Of a DNA stretch of 64,000 nt, positions 36,270 to 47,414 are shown piece by piece (within the stretch, counting starts at the first letter, position 1; each line of letters begins with the position of its first letter). This stretch comes from Eledone cirrhosa (lineage: Eukaryota). Both the position numbers and the translations under genes were made by a program. The stretch spans positions 36,580,001-36,644,000 of the forward strand of contig OZ024755.1 in NCBI GenBank assembly GCA_964016885.1, written 5' to 3'. The notes under the pieces were generated by a model. That model did no database searches, was not told the origin of the DNA, and saw nothing but the letters and a program-made list of their open reading frames with translations.

Positions 36270-38263
36270 GTAGGTAACTGCATATCAAAGATGAACAGAA
36301 ACTGTACAAAATATTGAGTATAAATATTTTATAAGATCTGTATTTGATCCACTAAATTACTGGTGCTTATCAGTCTTATCGATCATAATGTTGTGGGTTC
36401 CATTCCTGGATTGCACATTGTGTTCTTGAGCAAAGCACTTCATTTCACGTTGCTCCAGTATACTCAGCTGAAAATGAGTACCAGCAATAGCTGGGGGTTT
36501 AACCCTGCAACGGACTGGCGTCCTGGTGCAAGTGGGAAGGCTTGTACTCTCAGTTGCTTCAAGCCATGAAACCGGGATAAGCACCAGTTAAATGAGCCTT
36601 CTGGCTTAAGACAGACTTTAGACTTTAGATCAGTCTTTATCCTAGAAGAGTGAAAGCCAAAATCAATCCTAACAGACTTATAACACATGAACAACCTCTG
36701 ATTTCATTCTCAACTATCTGCAGAGATGGCAAGTACAATTCCAAATGAATGTTCAAATTTCATTGGGTCTTTATTCAAAATGTATTCCTCTATTTATTTC
36801 CGTGAGTTAACCCTTTAGCATTTAAACCGGCCATATCCGGCCAGAATTCTCTCTCCTCTTTCTGTTCAAACTGGCTGTAACTAGCCACTCATACTGACAT
36901 GAAGGTATTGTTCTCAAAATAAATAATATCAAAATCTCATAGATTCAATATTATGTTAGATATCATATAAGATAAAGCCTTTACTATGAAAATACAACAG
37001 TAAATATATAGTAATGTAAATGCTAAAGGGTTAAGCAATGGTAAATGTCTCAAATATTAATTAACTGAAAGATTTATGTCTAAGGTTCAGTACAATTGAC
37101 TTTGTCTCAGTTTTGTTAGTACACTCACATGCACACGCAAATACATACCTCCTACACATACACACATATGTCCACAGGCACGTATACATAATCGATGTCA
37201 CTTACAAGGGACATGTGCTACATGTAATGTTACACACGTGGAATAATGCTTTTCTTTGTCTCTCTCTCGCACATACACACATATACACACACACGTGGAC
37301 ATACATAAATAATTTAATGAAAGGGGCTGCAAGTGAAGGAGCTAAGCTCTTTCAGACAAGGTCAGATGAATACAGTTGATGTCCAGCCTGAACATTTACA
37401 GGAAAAACATAGGTAGGTATGGAACAGAGAGGACTCTGATAAAGAGCCCCAGAATCAGGTGTGAAATCTGGCCATATCTCAGGCAAATCTTCAATTGCTA
37501 CATGCTGCAGTCACTAACCTATTGTGTTTTCTATTACTTCTACTATGGGTTTTTTCTCTGAACTAGCAAATAGTGCAACTCTTAGTCTTTGCACCTTCCT
37601 TCGTTTTCGGTCCCTGCTATATCTTCGGTCCCACAAACACCATCCTTTCCTAATAGTTATACTGTGAAAGACCAAGCATAGACGAGTTGAGAGAGAAACT
37701 ATGTATAAGAGGGATAAGCTGTAGTGTGCGGGAGAGAAGACTGCGTTGGTATGAAGATGTGATGTGCATGGAGGATGACCGCTGGGTAAAGAAGTGCCAA
37801 GAAATCCCAGTAGAAGGAAGACGCTGTGCTGAATAGGACCCGTCCCAGCCTTGCAAGCAGGGAAAAGATGTAACATCATCATGTAGTACCTGGCTGACTA
37901 TGCAAATATATAGACCCCGAGCAAGATGGTTGGATAACATCTATGAGCTTGGCTGGTCTTGCTTGGGTATCCAGCCGGATCAGTTGGAGACAGTTGTTTC
38001 TGACAGGACCCAGTGGAGGGAGTGTTTGAGGACTCTGCCCCCATGACCCTCTCAAGAAAAAGTGGGTAAAGAATATAAAATCAATGCTGTTTGTATCCTC
38101 AAGACCTTCTCAGGTGTAAGTGGGAGAAGAAGATATATATATATATCATCATCATCATCATCATCATTGTTAAACGTCCATCTTCCATTGTTAGCTTGCC
38201 TGTCACTGACCTATCAAGATCGTTGATGCTGGTATATCATGAAAAGATTATACATCTCATATG

Positions 38264-38341
38264 TATTTTATCTGATGAAGACATGCTCTGATTTATGTTA
38301 AACATAAATTTTTGCATCCCCGAAATATATATAATGAAATA
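38264..38341 (+). ncRNA. Minimal type-I hammerhead ribozyme (Penelope-associated type), intronic, sense to TM7SF3
   Basis: Stem I UAUUUUAU/AUGAAAUA, CUGAUGA (38272-78), long stem II (AUGC/GCAU; AUUUAUGU/ACAUAAAU), GAAA (38322-25), UAUAUAUA^ with cleavage after 38333. The base of stem II is mismatched. Confidence 0.68.
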
Positions 38342-38499
38342 AATATCTTTCGTTTATTACTATTATTATCATAATACTCCAGATAAATATTATCTGTTGA
38401 GTACTTCATATCTGTTATACATGTAAGTCAGTTGATTACATATCAACTAAGTCTTTAACTCATTGTTTATATATATATATATGTGTGTGGAGGTGGAAT

Positions 38500-39050
38500 A
38501 TCAGGTGTAGTGTTGGCGAATTTTGGGAAGCATGGAAGTTTTAAAGGATGCAGTGTCTCAACAGCTAACAACTGATGCAGGTAGTTTGTTCCATGGATGT
38601 TTTAAAGGATGCAGTGTCTCGACAGCTAACAACTGATGCAGGTAGTTTGTTCCATGGAGGTTTTAAAGGATGCAGTGTCTCGACAGCTAACAACTGATGC
38701 TGGTAGTTTGTTCCATGGAGGTTTTAAAGGATGCAGTGTCTCGACAGCTAACAACTGATGCTGGTAGTTTGTTCCATGGAGGTTTTAAAGGATGCAGTGT
38801 CTCGACAGCTAACAACTGATGCTGGTAGTTTGTTCCATGGAGGTTTTAAAGGATGCAGTGTCTCGACAGCTAACAACTGATGCTGGTAGTTTGTTCCATG
38901 GAGGTTTTAAAAGATGCAGTGTCTCGACAGCTAACAACTGATGCAGGTAGTTTGTTCCATTCTTCAGTAACACTGAGTGAGAAAAAATGTTTCCAAAAGT
39001 CTTGGGAGCTCTGCTGTTTTCTAATTTTGTAAACATGTCAACAGGTGTTA
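38500..39050 (-). mobile_element. CR1/Jockey-like LINE 3' fragment with a 61-bp tandem expansion (~7 units, 38533-38960)
   Basis: The unit encodes WNKLPASVVSCRDTASFK on the minus strand. An unexpanded copy lies at 46560-46770(+). Confidence 0.85.
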
Positions 39051-39430
39051 GACACATGGAATTCAAAAAGTTGCTCAGAGTTGTCGTTGGCAAGATATAG
39101 CTTATATACTTTCTGCATATAAAACATCTGCTGGAGGAATTCATTTGCATATAGTGCATGCTTCACTTATCATCATTATCATCATCATCGTTTAACGTCC
39201 AACTTCCACGCTAGCATGACTTAGTAATAGCACTGCCAACTATTATTAATGTTCTAAGCTATTTTTCCTTTTTCTCCACTCCTAACAAATACTAAAGCTA
39301 ATTATGATATACATGTGTGTGTGTGTATGGAGGGGGGATATCATGTATGGAGGGGGGATAGCATGTGTAGTGTTGGTGAATTTCAGGAAGTATGCAGGTT
39401 TTCTAAAATATGTTATGTTTTCTGTTCCAG

Positions 39431-39583
39431 TTGTGCTAGGTGTAAACATAGTCTCAGCTTTCATTTGTGGCATGCTGTGGTTGCTGATTTGGACCCTTCT
39501 TGGAATACCAGTAATATCAGTCCTTTTGGTTAGCCTTGTTGCTGGTTATTTAGTCAGCTGTATAGTATTCTTCACACCCTTTG
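39431..39583 (+). CDS. TM7SF3: TM7SF3 exon 7
   Basis: VVLGVNIVSAFICGMLWLLIWTLLGIPVISVLLVSLVAGYLVSCIVFFTPF (conserved FFTPxG); phases 1-1. Confidence 0.92.
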
Positions 39584-40071
39584 GTAAGTTGATTCTTCTT
39601 CTTTTTTTTTCTTTAAACTTTTATTTTCAACCTTTACAATAAAAAATAACATTTCTTTAAATTGTCCTTTTGTTACAATTTAATCCTGCCAAATCAATGG
39701 GTGGCAGTAGAACCAGCTGTACGCATTGAAAGACTGGTGTAGTGGTTCTGAGAACAACGTGGCTTCTGTACATCTACTGTATATGTAGTTTTCCCTACCT
39801 GTTAGTTTGCCTGCTATCCCACTATATCTCTTGTATACCCAAGATCTGCATTGTGTACATTTTACTTGAATCATGGAAATAAATGTGGAAGGAAGCAGAG
39901 GTAGGGAAAGACCAAGAAAAGCATGGCTGAAGATCATGGTGTAAGAAATGAAAGCTAGGGGATTGGTGAGGGTAGATACAGACTATAGGGAAAAGTGGAG
40001 AAGTTTGTCATGGGGCCTTAAAATATTTGTTGCTGTTAGATGTACAATGATACTTTTTCTTACTGTTTCAG

Positions 40072-40169
40072 GTAATTTGCAATTCTGGGAAAATAATTTC
40101 AACTATGGCATGGTATTTGCTTCTTGGACAATGTTACTTCCTGTTATATTTTTGGCCTATACAAAATTG
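40072..40169 (+). CDS. TM7SF3: TM7SF3 exon 8
   Basis: GNLQFWENNFNYGMVFASWTMLLPVIFLAYTKL; tgtttcag / gtaagt; phases 1-0. Confidence 0.9.
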
Positions 40170-40459
40170 GTAAGTATAGTGTGATCCTGTAACTCCTGAT
40201 AGAGTTATAGGGGTGCTGTATTGACATATGGCGTTTCTTGGGCATTTTAAGCCTGGCGGAGCTCATCCCTCTCCAGACCTGAGTAGAGCAGATTTCTTCC
40301 AGAGAAAGATAGAAAGTGAGAGAGAGGAAATGAGAAAGAGATATAGAGGAGGAATCAACCCCAGTACTAGACTGGTACTTTTTTCTATCAACCTCGAATA
40401 AGATGGATGAAAGTATCATTTATTTATAAATATTTCCAAATTTTGAATTAATAGGGCTT

Positions 40460-40870
40460 ATTAGTGAGACATGAGCAGTGAAAGCAGAGGACAGGTGAAG
40501 GTTGGAGAGAAATGAAGCAAGCAAGCTTCGTTGGAAGTGCAATGTAAATGTGTGTGAAGGAGAAAGCATCGATGTACTGAGAGAAAAGCCAGGTATAAGA
40601 AGAATTAAATGTAGTCTGCAAGAGAGAAGTGTACATTGGTATAGACACATGACGCATATGGATGATGTTTGTTGGGTGAAGAAGTGCCAAAAGATGTTAG
40701 TGGTCGGAAGCTGCAGTAGAGGGAGACCAAGGAAGACCTGGGTGGAAGTTGCGAGAGCTGATCCCAAATCGCTGAAGTTCAGAGCGGAGACGACGAAGGA
40801 CCATAATAAGTAGAGGGATGTTGTGCTAGCAAAGACTCTCCAACCCATGCTAACATGGAAAAACCAACGG
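40460..40870 (+). mobile_element. RTE LINE 3' fragment
   Basis: LERNEASKLRW.CNV...WVKKC..M.V.GSCSRGRPRKTW. Similar fragments at ~37675-37880, 48760-49040, 50080-50400. Confidence 0.85.
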
Positions 40871-41589
40871 AAAATGATATATATATGAGTTGGGTGCTGT
40901 TGGAGATGCCACCAAACAAGTCATTGATGTAAGAGGAAGTGTGGAGGACAAAAGCAAATTTTGGGTCACATAATAACTGATAGAATATGGGACATAAAGA
41001 GATATATCAGCACATGTGAAGGTGCAGACTAAAAAAACCCACCATTTCAAGAAACGAGATGAATGAAGTCGGTAGGCAGAAGGTTTTGCTAGGAGATTCA
41101 TGTGTCAGGCTTGGTCCTAGCCAACTAGTCAGACATGTCTCACAACGTGGAAGACTCATCTAATCCATACGAGTGTGGAAAAAAAGAGACGTTAAATGGT
41201 GATGATGATGATGATATATATAGAGCATTGGGCTTGCAATCGAAAGGTTGTGAGTTCAATTCTCAGACCAGGTGATGTGTTGTTTCCTTGAGCAAGACAC
41301 TTTATTTCACATTGCTCCAGTTTACTCAGCTGTAGAAATGAGATGATAGGGACTGGGGTCCCTATCATTCCACTGCAAAGTGGTCGTGGAGGTGCCATGG
41401 TAAAAAAGCACCCAGCCCACACTGTAAATGAGGTTGGTGTTAGGAAGGGCATCCAGCTGTAGAAATCAAGCCAGAATCAGTTCCCGTCCCACCCTTGCAA
41501 GCAGGGAAAAAGCGGACGTAAAATGATGATGATGATGATGATGATGATATATATGTATATAAGAGAGTGTTGAAGTTTGCTTGAAACAT

Positions 41590-42757
41590 TGTGGAATAAT
41601 AAAATTGGTCGTTTTGGAAGCCTCAACAGTGCAGATGGGTAAATCTCCGGATAACAGAATCAGGTGGTAATGAGAGAGATGTAAGAGGAAATGTAGAATG
41701 AGATGTATAGTGTGTAGTGGAACGAAGGAAAGAGTGTAAAAATAATAACATGAGATAGAGTTACCTTGGAAGTGATTTAATTGTCCCTATATTTCGGATT
41801 TCGCATCCATCAACTGGGGGTTTCCGAGGGGGAAAGTTTTTAATTGGTGAGGAACACGTGTCCTCTGTTGTCTATCGTGTGTGTACAACTGAACTACTCT
41901 GTAGGGTGCATGTGCGCGCGGAATATCTGCAGTCAGACAAAGGTCGAGGCAGTTCTTCTGTACTAGAGTAGTGGGATGCTTTGAAGGGGACAAGCTTCGG
42001 GCTTACGGCAAGAGCACCCTGGTGGGGTGTTGCTCTTAGGGCTGTTGGTGATGTAGGCCTTCATGTTCTGAGCGCAGGAGTATCCTAGTTTTATTTTGTG
42101 TCGGTTAAAGATGGAGTGATATTTATGACCTATGGGAAAGTGTCTATCTAAGAGGGCTATAAAATGTTTGCCTACATTGGTTTTAACGTGGCATGAGTCC
42201 TTGTGAATGTAATTGAGTTTTTCGTTCAGCTTATGGAAGGGTCTGTAGGTGTGTGTGCGAAGGTCTAAATTAATGTCTAAGAAATCTACGCTAGAGAGGT
42301 TGGTAGCTGCTGTTATCCTAAGTCCTAACTCATTGAAGGTAGAAGCTAAGCTTTTTTTAAACCGGTCGAGGTCGTGACCACTTTTATGCCTCAATAAGTT
42401 CAGTCCATCGTCGTGGTATATTTATTTTAGACATATTAATAAAATAAATAGGCCAACCAAGTCGCATACGTCAGCACTGTCAAACGATCCCACAGAGACG
42501 TCGAACAGGTCTGAAGATGTAGACTTCTTTGCCCAGGCTACTCCGTTGTTGAAGAGGAGGGTTTTCCGGCAGTAAGCGATGATTTGCCTGTCTAAAACAT
42601 GGACGGTAGTGTAAGTGGTAGCAAAGTCCAACGCTTTGTTTAACAGGGTCTCTGAGATCGACGGGTAAAAATCTACAATGTCAAACTGAGTGAAGGAGTT
42701 AAACCACTTAATTACGGAGTTGCTGTTCTCCCACTGGGACAGGTTGGACTTGGTCCT

Positions 42758-42760
<3 letters not shown>
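41590..42760 (-). mobile_element. Penelope-like element, 5'-truncated RT plus 3' region (decayed, internally deleted)
   Basis: QFDIVDFYPSISETLLNKAL...LLFNNGVAWAKK...FDVSVGSFDSADVCDLVGLFIL...YHDDGL...VDFLDINLDL...TNVGKHFIALLDRHFP..HKYHSIFNRHKIKLGYSC...CSCRKPEACPL; abuts (TA)n. Confidence 0.88.
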
Positions 42761-42823
<63 letters not shown>

Positions 42824-43224
42824 AACACAGATGCATCGGCCTTGCAATCGAAAGGTTGTGAGTTCAATTCTCAGGCCGGGTGATGTGTTGTTTCCTTGAG
42901 CAAGACACTTTATTTCACATTGCTCCAGTTTACTCAGCTGTAGAAATGAGATGTTAGGGACTGGGGTCCATATCATTTCACTGTAAAGTGGTTGTGGAGG
43001 TGCCACGGCAAAAAAGCACCCAGCACTCACTGTAAATGAGGTTGGTGTTAGGAAGGGCATCCAGCTGTAGAAATCAAGCCAGAATCAGTTCCTGTCCCAC
43101 CCTTGCAAACAGGGAAAAAGCGGACGTAAAATGAAATGATGATGATGATGATATATATATATATATATATATATAAATATATATATGTTTTAAAATATTG
43201 ATTAATACATAAGGTGATTAATCG

Positions 43225-43530
43225 TGACACCTACACTACCACTTTACAGTGTGGACTGGGTGCTTTTTGTTGTGACACCTACACTATCACTTTACAGTGT
43301 GGACTGGGTGCTTTTTGTTGTGACACCTACACTACCACTTTACAGTGTGGACTGGGTGTTTTTTGTTGTGACACCTACATGACTACTTTACAGTGTGGAC
43401 TGGCTGCTTTTTGTTGTGACACCCACATGACCACTTTACAGTGTGGACTGGCTGCTTTTTGTTGTGACACCCACATGACCACTTTACAGTGTGGACTGGG
43501 TGATTTTTGTTGTGACACCTACACTACCAC
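43225..43530 (-). repeat. 47-bp tandem repeat (~6.5 units), SINE-derived, ending ~40 bp before the exon 9 acceptor
   Basis: Reverse complement of the CCACACTGTAAAGTGGT unit family. Confidence 0.92.
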
Positions 43531-43573
43531 TTATTACTATTTCCTGATTGACTTTACCTTTCTAACTTTCCAG

Positions 43574-43736
43574 TTGAATATCATATGCTGTGCCCTTGTT
43601 GGATCCTATGCAATAGTCTTCTCAATTGATATCCTCACATATGGTATCATGAGGTATATACTCTTGAACTCAGTCCACCGCATGATCTATACCAATTTCA
43701 ATAAAGCCCTTGCGATAACCCCATTTCAAAAAAATG
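43574..43736 (+). CDS. TM7SF3: TM7SF3 exon 9
   Basis: LNIICCALVGSYAIVFSID...YILLNSVHRMIYTNFNKALAITPFQKN parallels LNILTCGVIGSYSVVLAID...PFQTND; phases 0-1. Confidence 0.94.
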
Positions 43737-43760
43737 GTAAGTTTCCTCATTTATTTTCAA

Positions 43761-43905
43761 CATCACCACCACCACCACCACCACCACTGCCACCACCATT
43801 GTCACCACCATCACCACCATTGTCACCAGCACCACCACCACTGCCACCACCATTGTCACCACCACCACCACCACCATCACCACCATTGCCATCATCACCA
43901 TCAAC
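43761..43905. repeat. (CAC/CAT)n trinucleotide repeat at the start of intron 9
   Basis: Directly visible; produces the poly-Pro/His/Gly ORFs. Confidence 0.95.
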
Positions 43906-44869
43906 ATTCGTATGAAACATTTCTAGTCTTGTAGAAATGTGATTTGGTTGTATCAATTTTCCTGTCCCCTATCAGTATATAGATATTTTGTCTTGTTTCT
44001 CTTGTTTTCACCCCAAATAGCCACCACTGACCCCAGAACACAATGCACTGATTTCAACTCATGTTTGTGTGATTATGAATTCAACCCCCTTACCATATCT
44101 CTAATTAAATATACTGCTAGTGTGTTTCAATTAATTTTGAAAATTATCAAAAATGTTGAGGAATTTAACCCTTTAGCATTTAAACCGGCCATATCCAGCC
44201 AGAATTCTCTCACCTCTTTCTGTTCAAACTGGCCATAACCAACCACAACTGACTGCTCATACTTATGTTAAGGTATTGTTCTCAACATAAATAATATCAA
44301 AATCTCATAGATTCGGTATTATGTGAGATAAAGCCTTTACCATGAAAATACAATAGTAAATATAGAGTAATCATCATCATCGTCATCATCTTCGTTTAAT
44401 GTCCATCTTCCACGCTAGCATGGGTTAGACGGGAGTTGTCCCACTTGAGGCAAGGTTGGTTGGGAGACCGTGTCTCGCTCGTATAGGACTATCTGGCAGG
44501 TTTTCTACAGCTGGATGCCCTTCCTAACACCAACCACGTTTACAGTGTGGAACTGGGAACTTTTTACCGTGTTACCTACACGGCCACATTACAGCGTAGA
44601 CTGTGTGTTTTTTGTTGTGACTCCTCCACGATCTCGATCTCATTATCTCATTTATTTGGACTGGATGTTGTGGTACTAACTTTACAGAGAGAGGGTGGTG
44701 TTGGTGGGAGGATAGAGTAGGGGTAGTGGATTGGGGTGTATATTTGGTTAAGAGGTGCCTACTGACTGTAGGTTTCGCTTTATACACAGGCAAGACAGAT
44801 CTTCTGTATTACTGCGTAGTGCCAAAGATATTGGTCCAGTGACATTGTCTTAGAGAGGTGCAAGTGTGT

Positions 44870-46275
44870 AAGGTCGGATACACATCCAATGGAGCATGCA
44901 TACTTCATTCCTTTCCATTCTGCGCAGGTCCTCTGCACGCAATGCCCATGTCTCACTGCCATGTAGCATTGCTGTTCGTATACAGGCATCATACAATCTG
45001 CCTTTCATTTTTTTAGAGAAACCTTTTGTGGCCAATAGTGTTATAAGCTCTCTGAACTTTTTCCATCCCACCACTGCTGATTTTGTCACACAGATAATGG
45101 AAAGTGTCCACTATTTCTATAGAACCATCTGGGCAATAGAAGGAGCTAGTATCCTGTGGATACTTGCTACTTATTGCACCTGAGCATCGGCCACATATAA
45201 AATCTACGTTCTTAGTTAGCTTACCTGTGATCCCACTACATCTTTTATGTACACATACTTTGCATTTGGGACATAATATGGAATTTCTGCCTACTCCTTT
45301 CCTACACACTGAGCATGGCCATTTCCCAGAGAGTACCTGTGCCCTATTTTCCTTTCTACATACTAGAACTTTAGTCTTAGACAAGTTAACTTTAAGGCCT
45401 TTTGATTCTAGGCCATGCTTCCATGTTTGGAATTTCTTCTCTAGTTCAGCCATAGATTCAGCTATGAGAGTTAGATCATCTGCGTATAGGAGTTCCCATG
45501 GGCAGCTTACTTAAATTCCTCTGTTATAGCCTGAAGGGCAATAATAAATAGGAGGGGGCTAAGGATAAACACCAACTTTTACACTAAATTCTTCACTATA
45601 TTCATTGTTAATTCTAACCTTACTGACTGTTTCTTTATACATGGCTTGTATAGCTTTCACAAGCCATTCATCAACACCTAGTTTTCTAAGGGCCCACCAG
45701 ATAATGGAGCGGGGGGACTCTGTCAAAGGCTTTCTCCAGGTCTACATAAGTTAAGTAGAGGGGTTTACTTTTAGCTAGGTACTTCTCCATTAGTTGTTGT
45801 ACAAGGAAAAGAGTGTATGTGGTACTTTTACCAGACACAACCCCAAACTGCATTTCATCTAGATCAATTTGCTCTCTGATTAGTTGCGCTATAACTCTTT
45901 CTGTGACCTTCATGACCTGGTCAACTAACTTAATGCCTCTATAGTTTCCCCCTATCTAGATCATCCCCTTTATCCTTGTAGCAGTTAATGATGATGCTTC
46001 TACACCAGTCTTTTGGTATGACCCCATTCTGTATTACCTGGTTTACTATACGGGTGACCATAGTATGCCCCACCATTCCAGAAGCCTTCAACATCTCAGC
46101 AATTATCTCCGAAGGCCCAACTGCCTTGCCTGTCTTCATATCTTTGATTGCCTTACTTATTATACTACCTTTAACTTGCACCACTGGTCCTTCTATTGGA
46201 TCGATTTGAGGCAGACTATCTTTTTCCCATTTATTCTCCTCATTTAATTGTCTCTCGTAGTGACACTTCCAAGTA
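44870..46275 (-). mobile_element. RTE-clade LINE RT fragment (decayed)
   Basis: KTGKAVGPSEIIAEMLK...DEMQFGVVSGKST...VDLEKAFDRVP...WELLYADDL...WPCSVCRKGVGRNSILC...MLHGSETW. Confidence 0.92.
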
Positions 46276-47136
46276 AATGGTAAAGGGTTAAGAAAATAGT
46301 TAACTTTTAGAAAATTGCTTAACAAAACATTCCTATGTAAAATTATAATGGAATGTTTAAATATGGATATTTTAGTGGGTAGTTTTGTATGAGAGGTGCA
46401 GTTTCAGGCAGGTTGGTATCTAAATGATTAAAATGACAACACTGTTGTCTCTGGAATGAATAGCAAACTCTAGTTAAATAAAGGTTCCAGGTTCAAGCCA
46501 TAACCTAACCCTGGAATATCATCTAGGGACAATATGAAAGAATACCAATTGCAACCCTGAGCGCCTCTTTGATCTCCATGTGTCTAACACACGTGGACAT
46601 GCCTACAAGATAAGAAAACAGCACAGCTCCCATGACTTTCGCAGACATTTTTTCACGCTCAGAGTTGCTGAAGCATGGAACAAACTGCCTGCGTCAATTG
46701 TTAGCTGCCGAGACACTGCATCCTTTAAGACACTCATGCTTCCCGAAATACGCCAAAACTACACCTGATGTACCCCTTCCATGCACATGCACACGTGTGT
46801 ATCATGACTCGTGCACTGTTCATTTTACTGATGTTTGTGCATTGCCCTATGTACTGTACATGCACTTTTTTGATGAGTTGTGGTGCACCTGGGCACTGTA
46901 CACAATATTTCATTATTGTTATTATATCATGACTCGTACACTGTTCATTTTCCTGACATTTGTACATTATTCTATGTACTATACATGCACCTTTGATGAG
47001 TTGTAGTGCACCTGAGCACTGTACACAATAATTTCATTATTATTATGTGTCAAATCTTGTCATAGACATAAATGATGAAAAAATAATCTTCACTTGAAAC
47101 CATTAATGTTTTTTTTTTCTTTTGTTCACTTTCCAG

Positions 47137-47414
47137 ATATAATTCTTGCTGTATTTTGGGTTGGTATATTCCTCGCGGGACTTATATTCCAACTGTGCTG
47201 TGAAAAAGGAAGAGCTCCATTTCCACCAAGCAGATATTTTTGCTCTAGCCCAAATAGAACTGTGCTACCACGTGAACTAAGAGTTAATAACGAACGTGAA
47301 CCTCTCTTACCAGCTTATCAGCCAGATGTTCCATATGGAGCTGTTGTCATTAATACTGGTCACACTCAACAAAAAGTTTATTCGTACCCTGTTTACGGCA
47401 CAAGTGAAAAATAA
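47137..47414 (+). CDS. TM7SF3: TM7SF3 exon 10 (last TM and C-terminus)
   Basis: DIILAVFWVGIFLAGLIFQLCCEKGRAPFPP...NEREPLL...GTSEK*. Exon lengths 79+309+284+178+87+81+153+98+163+278 = 1710 nt = 569 aa plus stop. Confidence 0.94.

Noticed and set aside
37430-37485. CUGAUAA...GAAA hammerhead-like string
   Set aside because: Core mismatch, poor stem II and no stem I.
43214-43956. 233-aa ORF with a poly-Pro tail, plus poly-His/Gly ORFs
   Set aside because: Chance read-through of a SINE minisatellite, true TM7SF3 exon 9 and an intronic (CAC)n. Canonical splice sites delimit the real exon.
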